Shown piece by piece: positions 1 to 7,554 of a stretch of DNA of 24,000 nucleotides. The stretch spans positions 67,716 through 91,715 of the forward strand of contig NZ_JAVJRB010000004.1 of the NCBI RefSeq assembly GCF_040218635.1, given 5' to 3'. The position numbers and the translations under genes are program-made. The notes beneath the pieces are model-generated. The model did not search any database. It had not been told where the DNA came from and saw nothing but the letters and a program-made list of their open reading frames with translations. Position 1 is the stretch's first letter. Each line of letters starts with the position of its first letter. The stretch comes from Thalassospira sp. GTDB lineage: Bacteria; Pseudomonadota; Alphaproteobacteria; Rhodospirillales; Thalassospiraceae.

Positions 1-7
1 CCAGAGA

Positions 8-562
8 ATGAGAAGCTTCATGCGTGATTTTCCCCTTAACAACGTATCGCCGTTTCCCGCCAAGCGTGATGCCAATGGTCATGCCGCGGTGCATATCGCG
101 CCAATCGGGGCGGGGTTTGTTTTTCATGTGTTGGGCAATGCGCAGGCAGGTGAGGCCAGCCTTAAAAAGCTTATCCATGATATTGCGCCGGATGTGGGCG
201 GGGATCTTCGCAGTTCGTCGCCCGGTCAGTGGTTCTGGATCGGGGCGTGTGAGGTATCACAGGACCGGCAGGGCGAAATTTTGGCAAAATTGCCGGGTGA
301 CTTTGCCATATCCGATCAGACCCATGGGCGTGTCCGGCTTTCGGTTTCCGGGGGCAAAGTCCGCGATGTGTTGGCAAAGGGGACGATGATTGATCTTGGA
401 CCGGATGTTTTTGCGGTGGGGACATCGGCCATGACCCAGATCGGGCATATCGGGGCAATGATCACGCGCACCGATGAGGATTGTTTTGAAATTATGGTGC
501 TGCGCAGCTTTGCGGTTAGTCTGTGGGATGAGCTTCATCATATGGCGGCAGAGTTCGAATAA
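8..562 (+). CDS. soxG: Sarcosine oxidase gamma subunit family protein
   Basis: The 184-aa ORF has SoxG-like blocks (ISDQTHGRVRLSVSGGKVRDVLAKGTMIDL, MITRTDEDCFEIMVLRSFAVSLW). The ATG at 8 overlaps a TGA at 9-11 in another frame (ATGA). This suggests coupling to an upstream gene, presumably soxA, that lies outside the window. Confidence 0.65.
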   Translation: MRSFMRDFPLNNVSPFPAKRDANGHAAVHIAPIGAGFVFHVLGNAQAGEASLKKLIHDIAPDVGGDLRSSSPGQWFWIGACEVSQDRQGEILAKLPGDFAISDQTHGRVRLSVSGGKVRDVLAKGTMIDLGPDVFAVGTSAMTQIGHIGAMITRTDEDCFEIMVLRSFAVSLWDELHHMAAEFE

Positions 563-683
563 CGGTGGTGGTCTGAAACCTTGGGCGATGTAACAGCGGG
601 TTTTTTGATCTCCAAGCCTTGTCATGTCACAATCTTGCGATACCTGATTGGACATAAAGATCAAAACAAGGAGGACGCTTACG

Positions 684-1376
684 ATGACCAAGCTGAATGT
701 GACCACCCCGGATGGTGCCTTTGACTGTTATGTCGCCATGCCGGATATGCTGCCGGCACCGATTGTCGTGGTTATTCAGGAAATCTTTGGCGTCAATGAA
801 GTGATGCGCGGCATTGCCGATGACTATGCCAAGCAGGGCTATGTCGCGGTCTGTCCTGATCTGTTCTGGCGGATTGAGCCGGGCATTGACATTACCGATA
901 AGTCCGAAGCCGAATGGAAACAGGCATTTGGCTATTATCAGGCGTTTAATGTCGATAAGGGCGTTGAAGATATCGCCGCCACCATGAAGGCCGCGCGCAG
1001 TATTGAGGGATCGAACGGCAAGGTTGGTGTTGTTGGCTTCTGTCTTGGTGGATTGCTGACGTTTCTGTCGGCAACGCGGACCGATGGCGATGCCTTTGCT
1101 GCCTATTACGGCGGGGGGATGAATAATTATATGAATGAGGCCGATAACATCAAAAACCCGCTGATTGTTCATCTGGCCGGCAAGGATGAATATATCCCGG
1201 CGGATGCGCAGGCCGTGATCAAGGATGCGCTGGGCGATCATCCCTTGACCGAACTTCATATCTATCCCGACCGCGACCATGCCTTTGCCCGGAAAGGCGG
1301 GGCGCATTACGACGAAGGTGATGCACAAACCGCGAATGCGCGCACGGCGGAGTTTTTTGACGCCAATCTGGTGTGA
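684..1376 (+). CDS. Dienelactone hydrolase family protein (carboxymethylenebutenolidase-like)
   Basis: The N-terminus is typical of the DLH family (PDGAFDCYVAMP...PIVVVIQEIFGVNEVMRGIADDYAKQGYVAVCPDLFWR), with a GFCLGG nucleophile motif and a late DH. I prefer the ATG at 684 over the track's TTG at 648 because an AAGGAGGA Shine-Dalgarno lies at 667-674. Confidence 0.85.
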   Translation: MTKLNVTTPDGAFDCYVAMPDMLPAPIVVVIQEIFGVNEVMRGIADDYAKQGYVAVCPDLFWRIEPGIDITDKSEAEWKQAFGYYQAFNVDKGVEDIAATMKAARSIEGSNGKVGVVGFCLGGLLTFLSATRTDGDAFAAYYGGGMNNYMNEADNIKNPLIVHLAGKDEYIPADAQAVIKDALGDHPLTELHIYPDRDHAFARKGGAHYDEGDAQTANARTAEFFDANLV

Positions 1377-1399
1377 TCAGACGCAGGGCGAAATGACAA

Positions 1400-1427
1400 G
1401 GGGCTGCGAATTTCGCAGCCCCTTTTT
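1400..1427 (+). terminator. Rho-independent terminator between convergent genes
   Basis: GGGGCTGCGA-ATT-TCGCAGCCCC is a perfect 10-bp stem followed by TTTTT. It lies 24 nt after the DLH stop and just downstream of the convergent argE-like gene. Confidence 0.7.
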
Positions 1428-1448
1428 CATGGTCATATGTCTGGGGAA

Positions 1449-2627
1449 TTACTTCGTTAATACGCCAAGCAATTTATCAAGGAACAGTTCGCAGCGGCCA
1501 AGCTGATCCATCTCGATGAATTCATCGGGCTTGTGGGCCTGTTCGATATTGCCCGGACCGCAGACAACCGTTGGAATATCGCCAAGAGCGGAAAAGACGC
1601 CGGCTTCTGTGCCGAAGCTGACCTTGCCGGTGGTGTTGGCCCCGGTCAGGGCCATGACCAGTTTGGTTACTTCTTCGTCATCGCCAGTCGCAAGGCCGGG
1701 CATGTCAGAGATAACTTCGATTTCGACCCCGACATCGTCATAGGTTTCGCGCATTTCCGGGATCAGGGTATCATCGAGATAGGCGAAAATGGATGCCTTG
1801 AGGGCATTGCGATCATCATTGGGCAGATTGCGGAATTCGAAATCGACAAAGCAGTTCTGCGGAATGATATTAAGCTGCGTGCCGCCCTTGATCACGCCGG
1901 TATGGAATGTGGTGTGATTGGGCACAAAATCATTGTCATGCGGGCCATGATCGCGGCACTGGCGACCAAGCTTGCGCAGGAACACAACAAATTCCGATGC
2001 AAATTCAACAGCGTTAACACCTTCGCCCGGAAGGGATGAATGCCCGGAACGGCCGGTGAAATGCGCGCGGGCGGAATATTTGCCTTTGTGCTGGGTAATC
2101 ACCTTCATCTCGGTCGGTTCACCGACAATGCACATGGCGGGTTTGTTCGGCAGATTATTGATCGCCTCAACCAGACTTGGCACACCAAGGCAGCCGACTT
2201 CTTCGTCATAGGTAAAGGCCAGATGGATCGGCACGCGCAGATCAGCGTTTTTAAAGGCTTCGGCCTTGGCCAGAAGGCAGGCCAGAAACCCCTTCATGTC
2301 GCACGATCCGCGGCCATAGAGTTTGTCATCGCGGATATCAACGGTATAGGGATCAGACGCCCAGTTCTGGCCTTCGGTCGGGACCACGTCGCTGTGACCG
2401 GACAAGATCACGCCGCCATCAACCGCCGGACCGATCGAGGCATAAAGATTGGCCTTGGTGTTGCTTTCATCGCGCACAACAAGGGTCTGATAGCCAAGCC
2501 CTTCCAGGAATGCTTTGACCTCGTCGATCAGATCCATGTTTGGCGTCATGCTCACAGACGGGTGGGCAATGAGTTTCGTGCACCAGTCAATGGTGGATTG
2601 CGACGGTGAAAGTGCGGCGGTGGTCAT
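1449..2627 (-). CDS. argE: M20-family metallopeptidase, acetylornithine deacetylase-like
   Basis: The 392-aa ORF carries SGHSDVVP and [10 protein letters not shown] motifs typical of ArgE/DapE-type M20 deacylases. Its start overlaps the nadK stop (ATGA). Confidence 0.7.
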   Translation of the reverse strand: MTTAALSPSQSTIDWCTKLIAHPSVSMTPNMDLIDEVKAFLEGLGYQTLVVRDESNTKANLYASIGPAVDGGVILSGHSDVVPTEGQNWASDPYTVDIRDDKLYGRGSCDMKGFLACLLAKAEAFKNADLRVPIHLAFTYDEEVGCLGVPSLVEAINNLPNKPAMCIVGEPTEMKVITQHKGKYSARAHFTGRSGHSSLPGEGVNAVEFASEFVVFLRKLGRQCRDHGPHDNDFVPNHTTFHTGVIKGGTQLNIIPQNCFVDFEFRNLPNDDRNALKASIFAYLDDTLIPEMRETYDDVGVEIEVISDMPGLATGDDEEVTKLVMALTGANTTGKVSFGTEAGVFSALGDIPTVVCGPGNIEQAHKPDEFIEMDQLGRCELFLDKLLGVLTK

Positions 2628-3391
2628 TCGACGAATTGTTCCTTCAAGATGCGTTCTTCAAGATTATGTTCCGGATCAAACAGCAGTTTGATCTTCATGG
2701 TGCGATCTTCGCGGATCGTCACATGGGAAACATCGCGCACTTCGGTATAGTCGGCCACAGCCGATACCGGGCGCTTTTCCGGGTTTTCGATATGGAAAAC
2801 GACTTCGGCCCCGTGCGGCAACAGCGCCCCACGCCAACGACGCGGGCGAAACGGACTGATCGGGGTTAAGGCCAAAAGCCCGCTTCCCATCGGAAGGATC
2901 GGCCCATGTGCCGAAAGATTATAGGCGGTACTTCCCGCAGGTGTGCAGACCAGAGCACCATCACAGACCAGTTCGGCCAGACGTTCAACACCATCCACCT
3001 TGATGCGCAATTTGGCGGCTTGTCGGGTTTCGCGCAACAGCGACACTTCATTGATTGCCAGCGCACACAGGCTTTCGCCAGATACGGTGTGGGCTTCCAT
3101 CTGAAGCGGGTTGAGTTCAACGGTCTGGGCTTCGGCGATGCGATCAAGCAGATCAATTTCGCGAAATTCATTCATCAGGAACCCGACCGTTCCCCGGTTC
3201 ATGCCATAAATCGGCACCTTGCGGCCCATGTAACGGTGCAGGGTTTCAAGCATGAAACCATCGCCGCCAAGGGCAACAATCACCTCAGCCTTATCCGGGG
3301 CTGTGTGACCGTATCGGTGTTTCAGCCGATACATTGCATCCTGTGCGATCTTGGTGTCGGCTGCGACGAAGGCGATGGAATCAGTCTGCAT
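2624..3391 (-). CDS. nadK: NAD kinase
   Basis: The 255-aa ORF has the GGDGFML motif, NRGTVGFL, and [17 protein letters not shown], which are the canonical NAD kinase blocks. Confidence 0.85.
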   Translation of the reverse strand: MQTDSIAFVAADTKIAQDAMYRLKHRYGHTAPDKAEVIVALGGDGFMLETLHRYMGRKVPIYGMNRGTVGFLMNEFREIDLLDRIAEAQTVELNPLQMEAHTVSGESLCALAINEVSLLRETRQAAKLRIKVDGVERLAELVCDGALVCTPAGSTAYNLSAHGPILPMGSGLLALTPISPFRPRRWRGALLPHGAEVVFHIENPEKRPVSAVADYTEVRDVSHVTIREDRTMKIKLLFDPEHNLEERILKEQFVE

Positions 3392-3543
3392 CTGCTATCC
3401 GAAGGGTAATTGGGGCTGTCCCATAGGGACATTCGCCAACAATAGAGTACGCTTTGCGTTGAATTGCAAGGGTCTGCGTCATGTTCGTGATCACAGAAAG
3501 GGTTTGAGAACCGGGTTGCCTTGTTGACCTTGTTGCCAAAAGA

Positions 3544-4332
3544 GTGGAACCTGACATTCCAGATCATTTTCCAGTTCCGATTGGCGCAATGTCCAAAGAA
3601 CCTTTTAGCATCTCTGCCGCCCTTTCACGGATTTCACGTTCCGATGACCTTGATGGTGATCAGGTTCTTGAAGTGGGCGAAGGCATGGAAGTTGAAAGCA
3701 CATCCAACGGCGCACTGGTGCCCAAACGGGTGCGTGATCCCGATGCCACACGCCAACGGATCCTTGATGCCGCCTTTGGCGAAATTCGCCGGGCCGGGTT
3801 TGGCGGGGCGTCGATCAATAATATCCTTGATCATAGCGGTGTGACCAAGGGCGCGCTGTATCATCACTTTGCCGGTAAGGCCAAGCTGGTCAATGCCGTG
3901 ATCGAGGATTGCCTGCCGGGCTATGTCGATGAAGTTTGGCTTGATGAACTTGAAGGTGTCGATGATATCCTGCCGGTCATGATGGGGCAGGTCGACCGGC
4001 TTGGCAGCGATGACGCGCCGACCTTGCTTGAAGGCGGCTGTCCGTTGGCACGGTTGGCATCGGGGGCGGGGGAGCTTGATGAGAACCTTCGCAAACGCAT
4101 CGATGGTGTCTATCGCTATTGGCGGCGCAGTCTGGCATCGCACATTGGCAAGGCGCAGTTTAACAAGACGGTGCGCACTGATGTTGAACCTTCTGCCGTG
4201 GCAGAATTCCTGATTGCAGCCTTGCACGGGTTCCTGACCCGTCCACCGGCCTTGCGCAATCTGGAAACCCAGGATGCGTTTGCCCGTGAATTTGCCCGCT
4301 ATCTGAACGGACTTCGCCCGGGCGGCGGGTGA
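3544..4332 (+). CDS. TetR/AcrR family transcriptional regulator (start uncertain)
   Basis: It has a TetR HTH block (RQRILDAAFGEIRRAGFGGASINNILDHSGVTKGALYHHFAGKAKL). The track start is a GTG at 3544. In-frame ATGs at 3589 and 3685 would give a more typical TetR length. Confidence 0.8.
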   Translation: MEPDIPDHFPVPIGAMSKEPFSISAALSRISRSDDLDGDQVLEVGEGMEVESTSNGALVPKRVRDPDATRQRILDAAFGEIRRAGFGGASINNILDHSGVTKGALYHHFAGKAKLVNAVIEDCLPGYVDEVWLDELEGVDDILPVMMGQVDRLGSDDAPTLLEGGCPLARLASGAGELDENLRKRIDGVYRYWRRSLASHIGKAQFNKTVRTDVEPSAVAEFLIAALHGFLTRPPALRNLETQDAFAREFARYLNGLRPGGG

Positions 4333-4374
4333 CCTTATTGCCCAAGGGCATAGGGGGTAAATTCTTTGCTTTGC

Positions 4375-4398
4375 CACATTAAACAAAATATTAGTGTG
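4375..4398. promoter_or_regulatory. Imperfect inverted repeat, candidate TetR operator
   Basis: CACATTAA-N8-TTAGTGTG matches at 7 of 8 arm positions. It lies just upstream of the putative -35 of the rhodanese operon and immediately downstream of tetR. Confidence 0.25.
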
Positions 4399-4410
4399 TT
4401 AATGAAGTTA

Positions 4411-4438
4411 TTGACATTTTTCTGTGCGTGATTACATC
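4411..4438 (+). promoter_or_regulatory. Candidate sigma70-type promoter for the rhodanese-yeeE operon
   Basis: TTGACA (4411-4416), a 16-nt spacer, then TACATC (4433-4438), inside an AT-rich intergenic region. Confidence 0.3.
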
Positions 4439-4483
4439 TATCCCACAGTTTCATGATACTTTTGCAATATGGAGACAGGCCCC

Positions 4484-5407
4484 ATGCGTTCTCTTATCCT
4501 TTCTGCTGTTGCCGCAGCAGCGTTTGTTTTTGCCGGTACGGCTGCGCAGGCGGAACGTCTGACCGACAAGCCGCTGGTGGATGCCAACTGGGTAGAAGCC
4601 AATCTTGGCAATCCGTCACTGGTTGTTGTCGATATCCGTTCGATGACCAAAGAAGGAAGCCCCTATGATGCCGGTCACATTGCCGGTTCGGTTTATGCGC
4701 CATATGGCACATTCGGCTGGCGGGCAAAGGTCGACAATGTTGTCGGCATGCTGCCGCCGGTTGATGTGATTTCCAAACGCATCGGATCGCTTGGCATTGA
4801 TAATGACAAACAGGTCGTTGTTGTGCCCGCAGGTCAGAACAGTTCGGACTTTGGGGCGGCAACCCGCGTTTATTGGACCTTCAAGGTTCTGGGCCACGAT
4901 GCGGTAACCATCCTTGATGGGGGTCAGCGCGCATGGCTTGCCGCAGGCAAAGACGTTTCAAAAGACTCGGTCGCGCCAGATGCAGTTGCCTTTAACGCCA
5001 GTTTCCGCCCGGAACTTCTGGCGTCTGCCGATGATGTCGCCAAGGCGCAAGCCAATGGTGTCGCGCTGATTGATGCCCGTCCGGTATCGCAGTTCAAAGG
5101 CGAAACCAAAAGCGGTGTTGTTGCCCGTGCGGGTGCCGTTCCGGGGGCAAAAAACATCGCCCAGTCCGAGTTTTATAACGATCAGAACGGTGCCTTTGTT
5201 GCATCGGATGTGATTGCAGGTCTGGTTGCGGATGCCGGTGTTGCCAAAGACGCCAAAGAAATCACCTATTGCAATACCGGTCACTGGGCATCGGTTGCAT
5301 GGTTTGGTTTGTCCGAAGTCATGGGCAACAAGAACACTGCAATGTATGATGGCTCCTTGACCGAATGGGCTGCTGATCCAAGCCGCGAAATGGTTATTCC
5401 GGAATAA
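4484..5407 (+). CDS. Periplasmic tandem-rhodanese sulfurtransferase (thiosulfate/3-mercaptopyruvate sulfurtransferase family)
   Basis: There is a Sec-type signal peptide (MRSLILSAVAAAAFVFAGTAAQA/ER), two rhodanese-like halves, and the active-site loop YCNTGHWAS in the C-terminal half. I prefer the ATG at 4484 over 4469 because a GGAGA lies 8 nt upstream of it. Confidence 0.85.
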   Translation: MRSLILSAVAAAAFVFAGTAAQAERLTDKPLVDANWVEANLGNPSLVVVDIRSMTKEGSPYDAGHIAGSVYAPYGTFGWRAKVDNVVGMLPPVDVISKRIGSLGIDNDKQVVVVPAGQNSSDFGAATRVYWTFKVLGHDAVTILDGGQRAWLAAGKDVSKDSVAPDAVAFNASFRPELLASADDVAKAQANGVALIDARPVSQFKGETKSGVVARAGAVPGAKNIAQSEFYNDQNGAFVASDVIAGLVADAGVAKDAKEITYCNTGHWASVAWFGLSEVMGNKNTAMYDGSLTEWAADPSREMVIPE

Positions 5408-5445
5408 TCCGGCATTTCCTTCGGCTTTATGGCAGGTTAAATTTC

Positions 5446-5474
5446 AACGGAATCGGGTTTTGCCCGGTTCCGTT
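5446..5474 (+). other. Intercistronic stem-loop between rhodanese and yeeE
   Basis: AACGGAATCGGG-TTTTG-CCCGGTTCCGTT forms a 12-bp stem with one G-U pair. It has no downstream U-tract, so it is more likely a processing, stability or attenuation element than a full terminator. Confidence 0.3.
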
Positions 5475-5520
5475 CGTGCTTCATGATTGATGAATTTATT
5501 CAAGGTTACTGAGCGTCACC

Positions 5521-6732
5521 ATGTCAGAAACGACCTTAAAAGCGCGCCCGCAGATATCGGGCTTTGAATTTGACAAGGGTCCGGCTGCGATTACGGCTGT
5601 GCTGTTTGTCATTGTCGGGATTGCAATTGCGCAGGCCGTCGATCTGCATCAGGCCGTTCTTTATGGTCTTGGCGGCATACTCGGCATTGCGCTGTATCAC
5701 GCATCATTCGGTTTTACCGGCGGTTGGCGCCGTTTCTCGGTCGAGAAGCGCGGACGCGCGATGCGGGCCCAGCTTTTAATGATCGGTGTTGCTGCCGCGG
5801 CCTTTATCCCGATGCTGGCCCTTGGAAGCCCGCTTGGCAATCCGATTGTCGGGGCGGTGGCACCGGTCGGGACATCGGTTCTGATCGGGGCGTTTTTGTT
5901 CGGGCTTGGCATGCAGCTTGGCGGTGGATGCGGGTCGGGAACCCTGTTCACGGTTGGCGGTGGCAGTGCCCGCATGTTGTTAACCCTTGTCTTCTTTATT
6001 ATTGGTGCGGTGATCGGGACGGCGCATTTGCCGATGTGGCTTGAGCTTCCGGCACTCCCGCCAATGAGCCTTGGCCGTGAATTTGGCATGACCGGTGGTC
6101 TTGTCGTTACCTTTGGCGGCTTGGCCCTGATCGCGCTTATTACGGTGCTGATTGAAAAGCGCGCGCATGGCACCCTTGAAGTCACCCCGACCGCACCACG
6201 CGCCGGGATTGCGCGGTTGTTTCATGGCCCCTGGCCGTTGGTCTGGACCGGGCTTTTGTTGGCCGGGCTGAATGTTGCGACGCTTTTGATTGCCGGTCAC
6301 CCATGGTCGATCACGTTCGGGTTTGGCCTTTGGGGGGCGAAAATCGCGCAAGTGATCGGTATTTCCGTTGAAACATGGGAATTCTGGAACTGGCCCGGAC
6401 CGGCACAGGCGCTGGTAAATTCGGTTCTGGAAGATAATACGTCGGTGATGAATTTCGGCATTGTGATTGGCGCTGCGTTTGCGGCTGCCCTTGCCGGGAA
6501 ATTTGCGCCGAAGGTTTCTGTGCCGGTTGCGTCACTGGTTGCGGCAGCAATTGGTGGATTGCTGATGGGCTATGGCGCGCGTTTGGCGTTTGGCTGCAAT
6601 ATCGGGGCGTTCTTTAGCGGGATTGCATCGGGCAGTGTTCATGGCTGGTTGTGGTTTGTTCTGGCCTTTGCGGGCAGTTGGCTTGGCATTGCACTGCGTC
6701 CTGTCTTTGGAATGGATGGTTTCCGGAAATGA
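5521..6732 (+). CDS. yeeE: YeeE/YedE family sulfur-compound (thiosulfate) transporter
   Basis: The 403-aa polytopic membrane protein has the duplicated YeeE/YedE signature cysteine loops (QLGGGCGSGTLF and RLAFGCNIGAFFSG). Confidence 0.85.
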   Translation: MSETTLKARPQISGFEFDKGPAAITAVLFVIVGIAIAQAVDLHQAVLYGLGGILGIALYHASFGFTGGWRRFSVEKRGRAMRAQLLMIGVAAAAFIPMLALGSPLGNPIVGAVAPVGTSVLIGAFLFGLGMQLGGGCGSGTLFTVGGGSARMLLTLVFFIIGAVIGTAHLPMWLELPALPPMSLGREFGMTGGLVVTFGGLALIALITVLIEKRAHGTLEVTPTAPRAGIARLFHGPWPLVWTGLLLAGLNVATLLIAGHPWSITFGFGLWGAKIAQVIGISVETWEFWNWPGPAQALVNSVLEDNTSVMNFGIVIGAAFAAALAGKFAPKVSVPVASLVAAAIGGLLMGYGARLAFGCNIGAFFSGIASGSVHGWLWFVLAFAGSWLGIALRPVFGMDGFRK

Positions 6733-7418
6733 GCGAGAAAAACACACTTCTGTTTGGTGCGGTCTTCCTTGCTGCGAGCGGGGCGGTTGCCCTGGACCAT
6801 TATAGCCACACAGCAAATATTCCGGCGGTTGCCAATCCGGCACCTGCTGCGTTTCCGGCGGCGGGCAGTAATCCGTGCGGCGCTAATCCATGCGCGGCAA
6901 ATCCCTGTGGTGCCAATCCTTGCGGCGCGAACCCTTGTGGCGCGAACCCGTGCGGGGCTGGATATAACCCGTGTGCCGCGTCGCCTTGTGGTGCAAATCC
7001 GTGTGCAGCATATAATCCGTGCGGTGCGGCCAATCCCTGTGCTGCGGCGAATCCTTGTGCGGCATCGCCGTGTTCAGCCGGGAATCCATGTGGGGCAGGG
7101 TATAACCCGTGCGCAGCGTCACCTTGTGGCGCAAATCCGTGTGCGGCGTATAATCCATGCGGTGCGGCCAATCCCTGTGCTGCGGCGAATCCTTGTGCGG
7201 CATCGCCCTGTTCGGCCGGGAATCCATGTGGTGCGGGATATAATCCGTGTGCCGCATCACCGTGCAGTGCCAATCCATGTGCGGCTTATAACCCGTGTGG
7301 GGCAGGCAATCCGTGTGCGCCATCTAACCCATGTGCGGCGGCGAACCCGTGTGCGGCGGCGAACCCGTGTGCGGCTGTGAACCCGTGCGGTGCCATGAAC
7401 CCCTGTTCTGCCAGTTGA
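6729..7418 (+). CDS. Secreted cysteine-rich (A/G)xNPC-repeat protein, unknown family
   Basis: The ATG at 6729 overlaps the yeeE TGA (ATGA). There is a signal-peptide-like N-terminus (MSEKNTLLFGAVFLAASGAVA/LD). The rest is GANPC/AANPC/AASPC/AAYNPC repeats with 32 Cys, every one preceded by Pro. The two 46-codon repeat copies are identical in protein but differ at 11 synonymous sites, which supports this reading frame. Confidence 0.75.
   Translation: MSEKNTLLFGAVFLAASGAVALDHYSHTANIPAVANPAPAAFPAAGSNPCGANPCAANPCGANPCGANPCGANPCGAGYNPCAASPCGANPCAAYNPCGAANPCAAANPCAASPCSAGNPCGAGYNPCAASPCGANPCAAYNPCGAANPCAAANPCAASPCSAGNPCGAGYNPCAASPCSANPCAAYNPCGAGNPCAPSNPCAAANPCAAANPCAAVNPCGAMNPCSAS
6954..7316 (+). 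repeat. 138-bp (46-codon) higher-order tandem repeat, about 2.6 copies, inside the NPC-repeat CDS
   Basis: Copies start at 6954, 7092 and 7230. Each encodes GAGYNPCAASPCGANPCAAYNPCGAANPCAAANPCAASPCSAGNPC. The third copy diverges after about 29 codons. The shorter 15-18-bp xxNPC periodicity runs from about 6860 to 7410. Confidence 0.9.
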
Positions 7419-7437
7419 AGTCTGTCTGGTCATGAGA

Positions 7438-7465
7438 TTGCGGGCGCAGAAATTTGCGTCCGCAA
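7438..7465 (+). terminator. Stem-loop after the NPC-repeat gene (weak terminator candidate)
   Basis: TTGCGGGCGCA-GAAATT-TGCGTCCGCAA forms an 11-bp stem with one G-U pair. It is followed by TAAAAA rather than a U-tract. Confidence 0.35.
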
Positions 7466-7473
7466 TAAAAAGG

Positions 7474-7532
7474 GAACAAAACGTGATTCTTTGCTTGATC
7501 TAAATTCAGGCTTCCTTATTCTTGTTTTGTTC
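7474..7532. promoter_or_regulatory. 9-bp perfect inverted repeat pair flanking the methyltransferase promoter region
   Basis: GAACAAAAC (7474-7482) and GTTTTGTTC (7524-7532) are separated by 41 bp of AT-rich DNA directly upstream of the HTH-methyltransferase start. It could be an operator pair or a leader stem. Confidence 0.25.
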
Positions 7533-7554
7533 TCTTTTCGGTTTGGGGTGCAAG

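Noticed and set aside
648-683. Upstream TTG/GTG starts given by the ORF track for several genes: 648 (DLH), 7522 (methyltransferase), 15502 (permease), 16127 (ATPase), 16998 (MFS), 21243 (livF), and 4469 (rhodanese).
   Set aside because: In each case an internal ATG has a better-placed Shine-Dalgarno and/or gives the canonical family N-terminus or the typical short overlap with the upstream gene. The upstream extensions add non-conserved residues.
3418-3430. The small palindrome GTCCC-ATA-GGGAC and the nearby CCTTGTTG direct duplication (about 3514-3533) in the nadK/tetR divergent region, considered as operators.
   Set aside because: The arms are too short (5 bp) to distinguish from chance and have no supporting context. 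I noted them only as candidates, should TetR footprinting be done.
6754-7380. Three long alternative-frame ORFs across the repeat region: 6754-7380 (+), 6800-7273 (-), and 6883-7323 (-).
   Set aside because: They are by-products of the periodic, stop-poor repeat. The all-synonymous differences between the two 138-bp copies hold only in the 6729 frame, which also has the coupled ATGA start and a signal peptide.
6860-7410. A short-period (15-18 bp) repeat array that superficially resembles a CRISPR or satellite locus.
   Set aside because: There are no unique spacers between repeats, and the period is far too short for CRISPR. The array is in-frame coding sequence under apparent protein-level selection.
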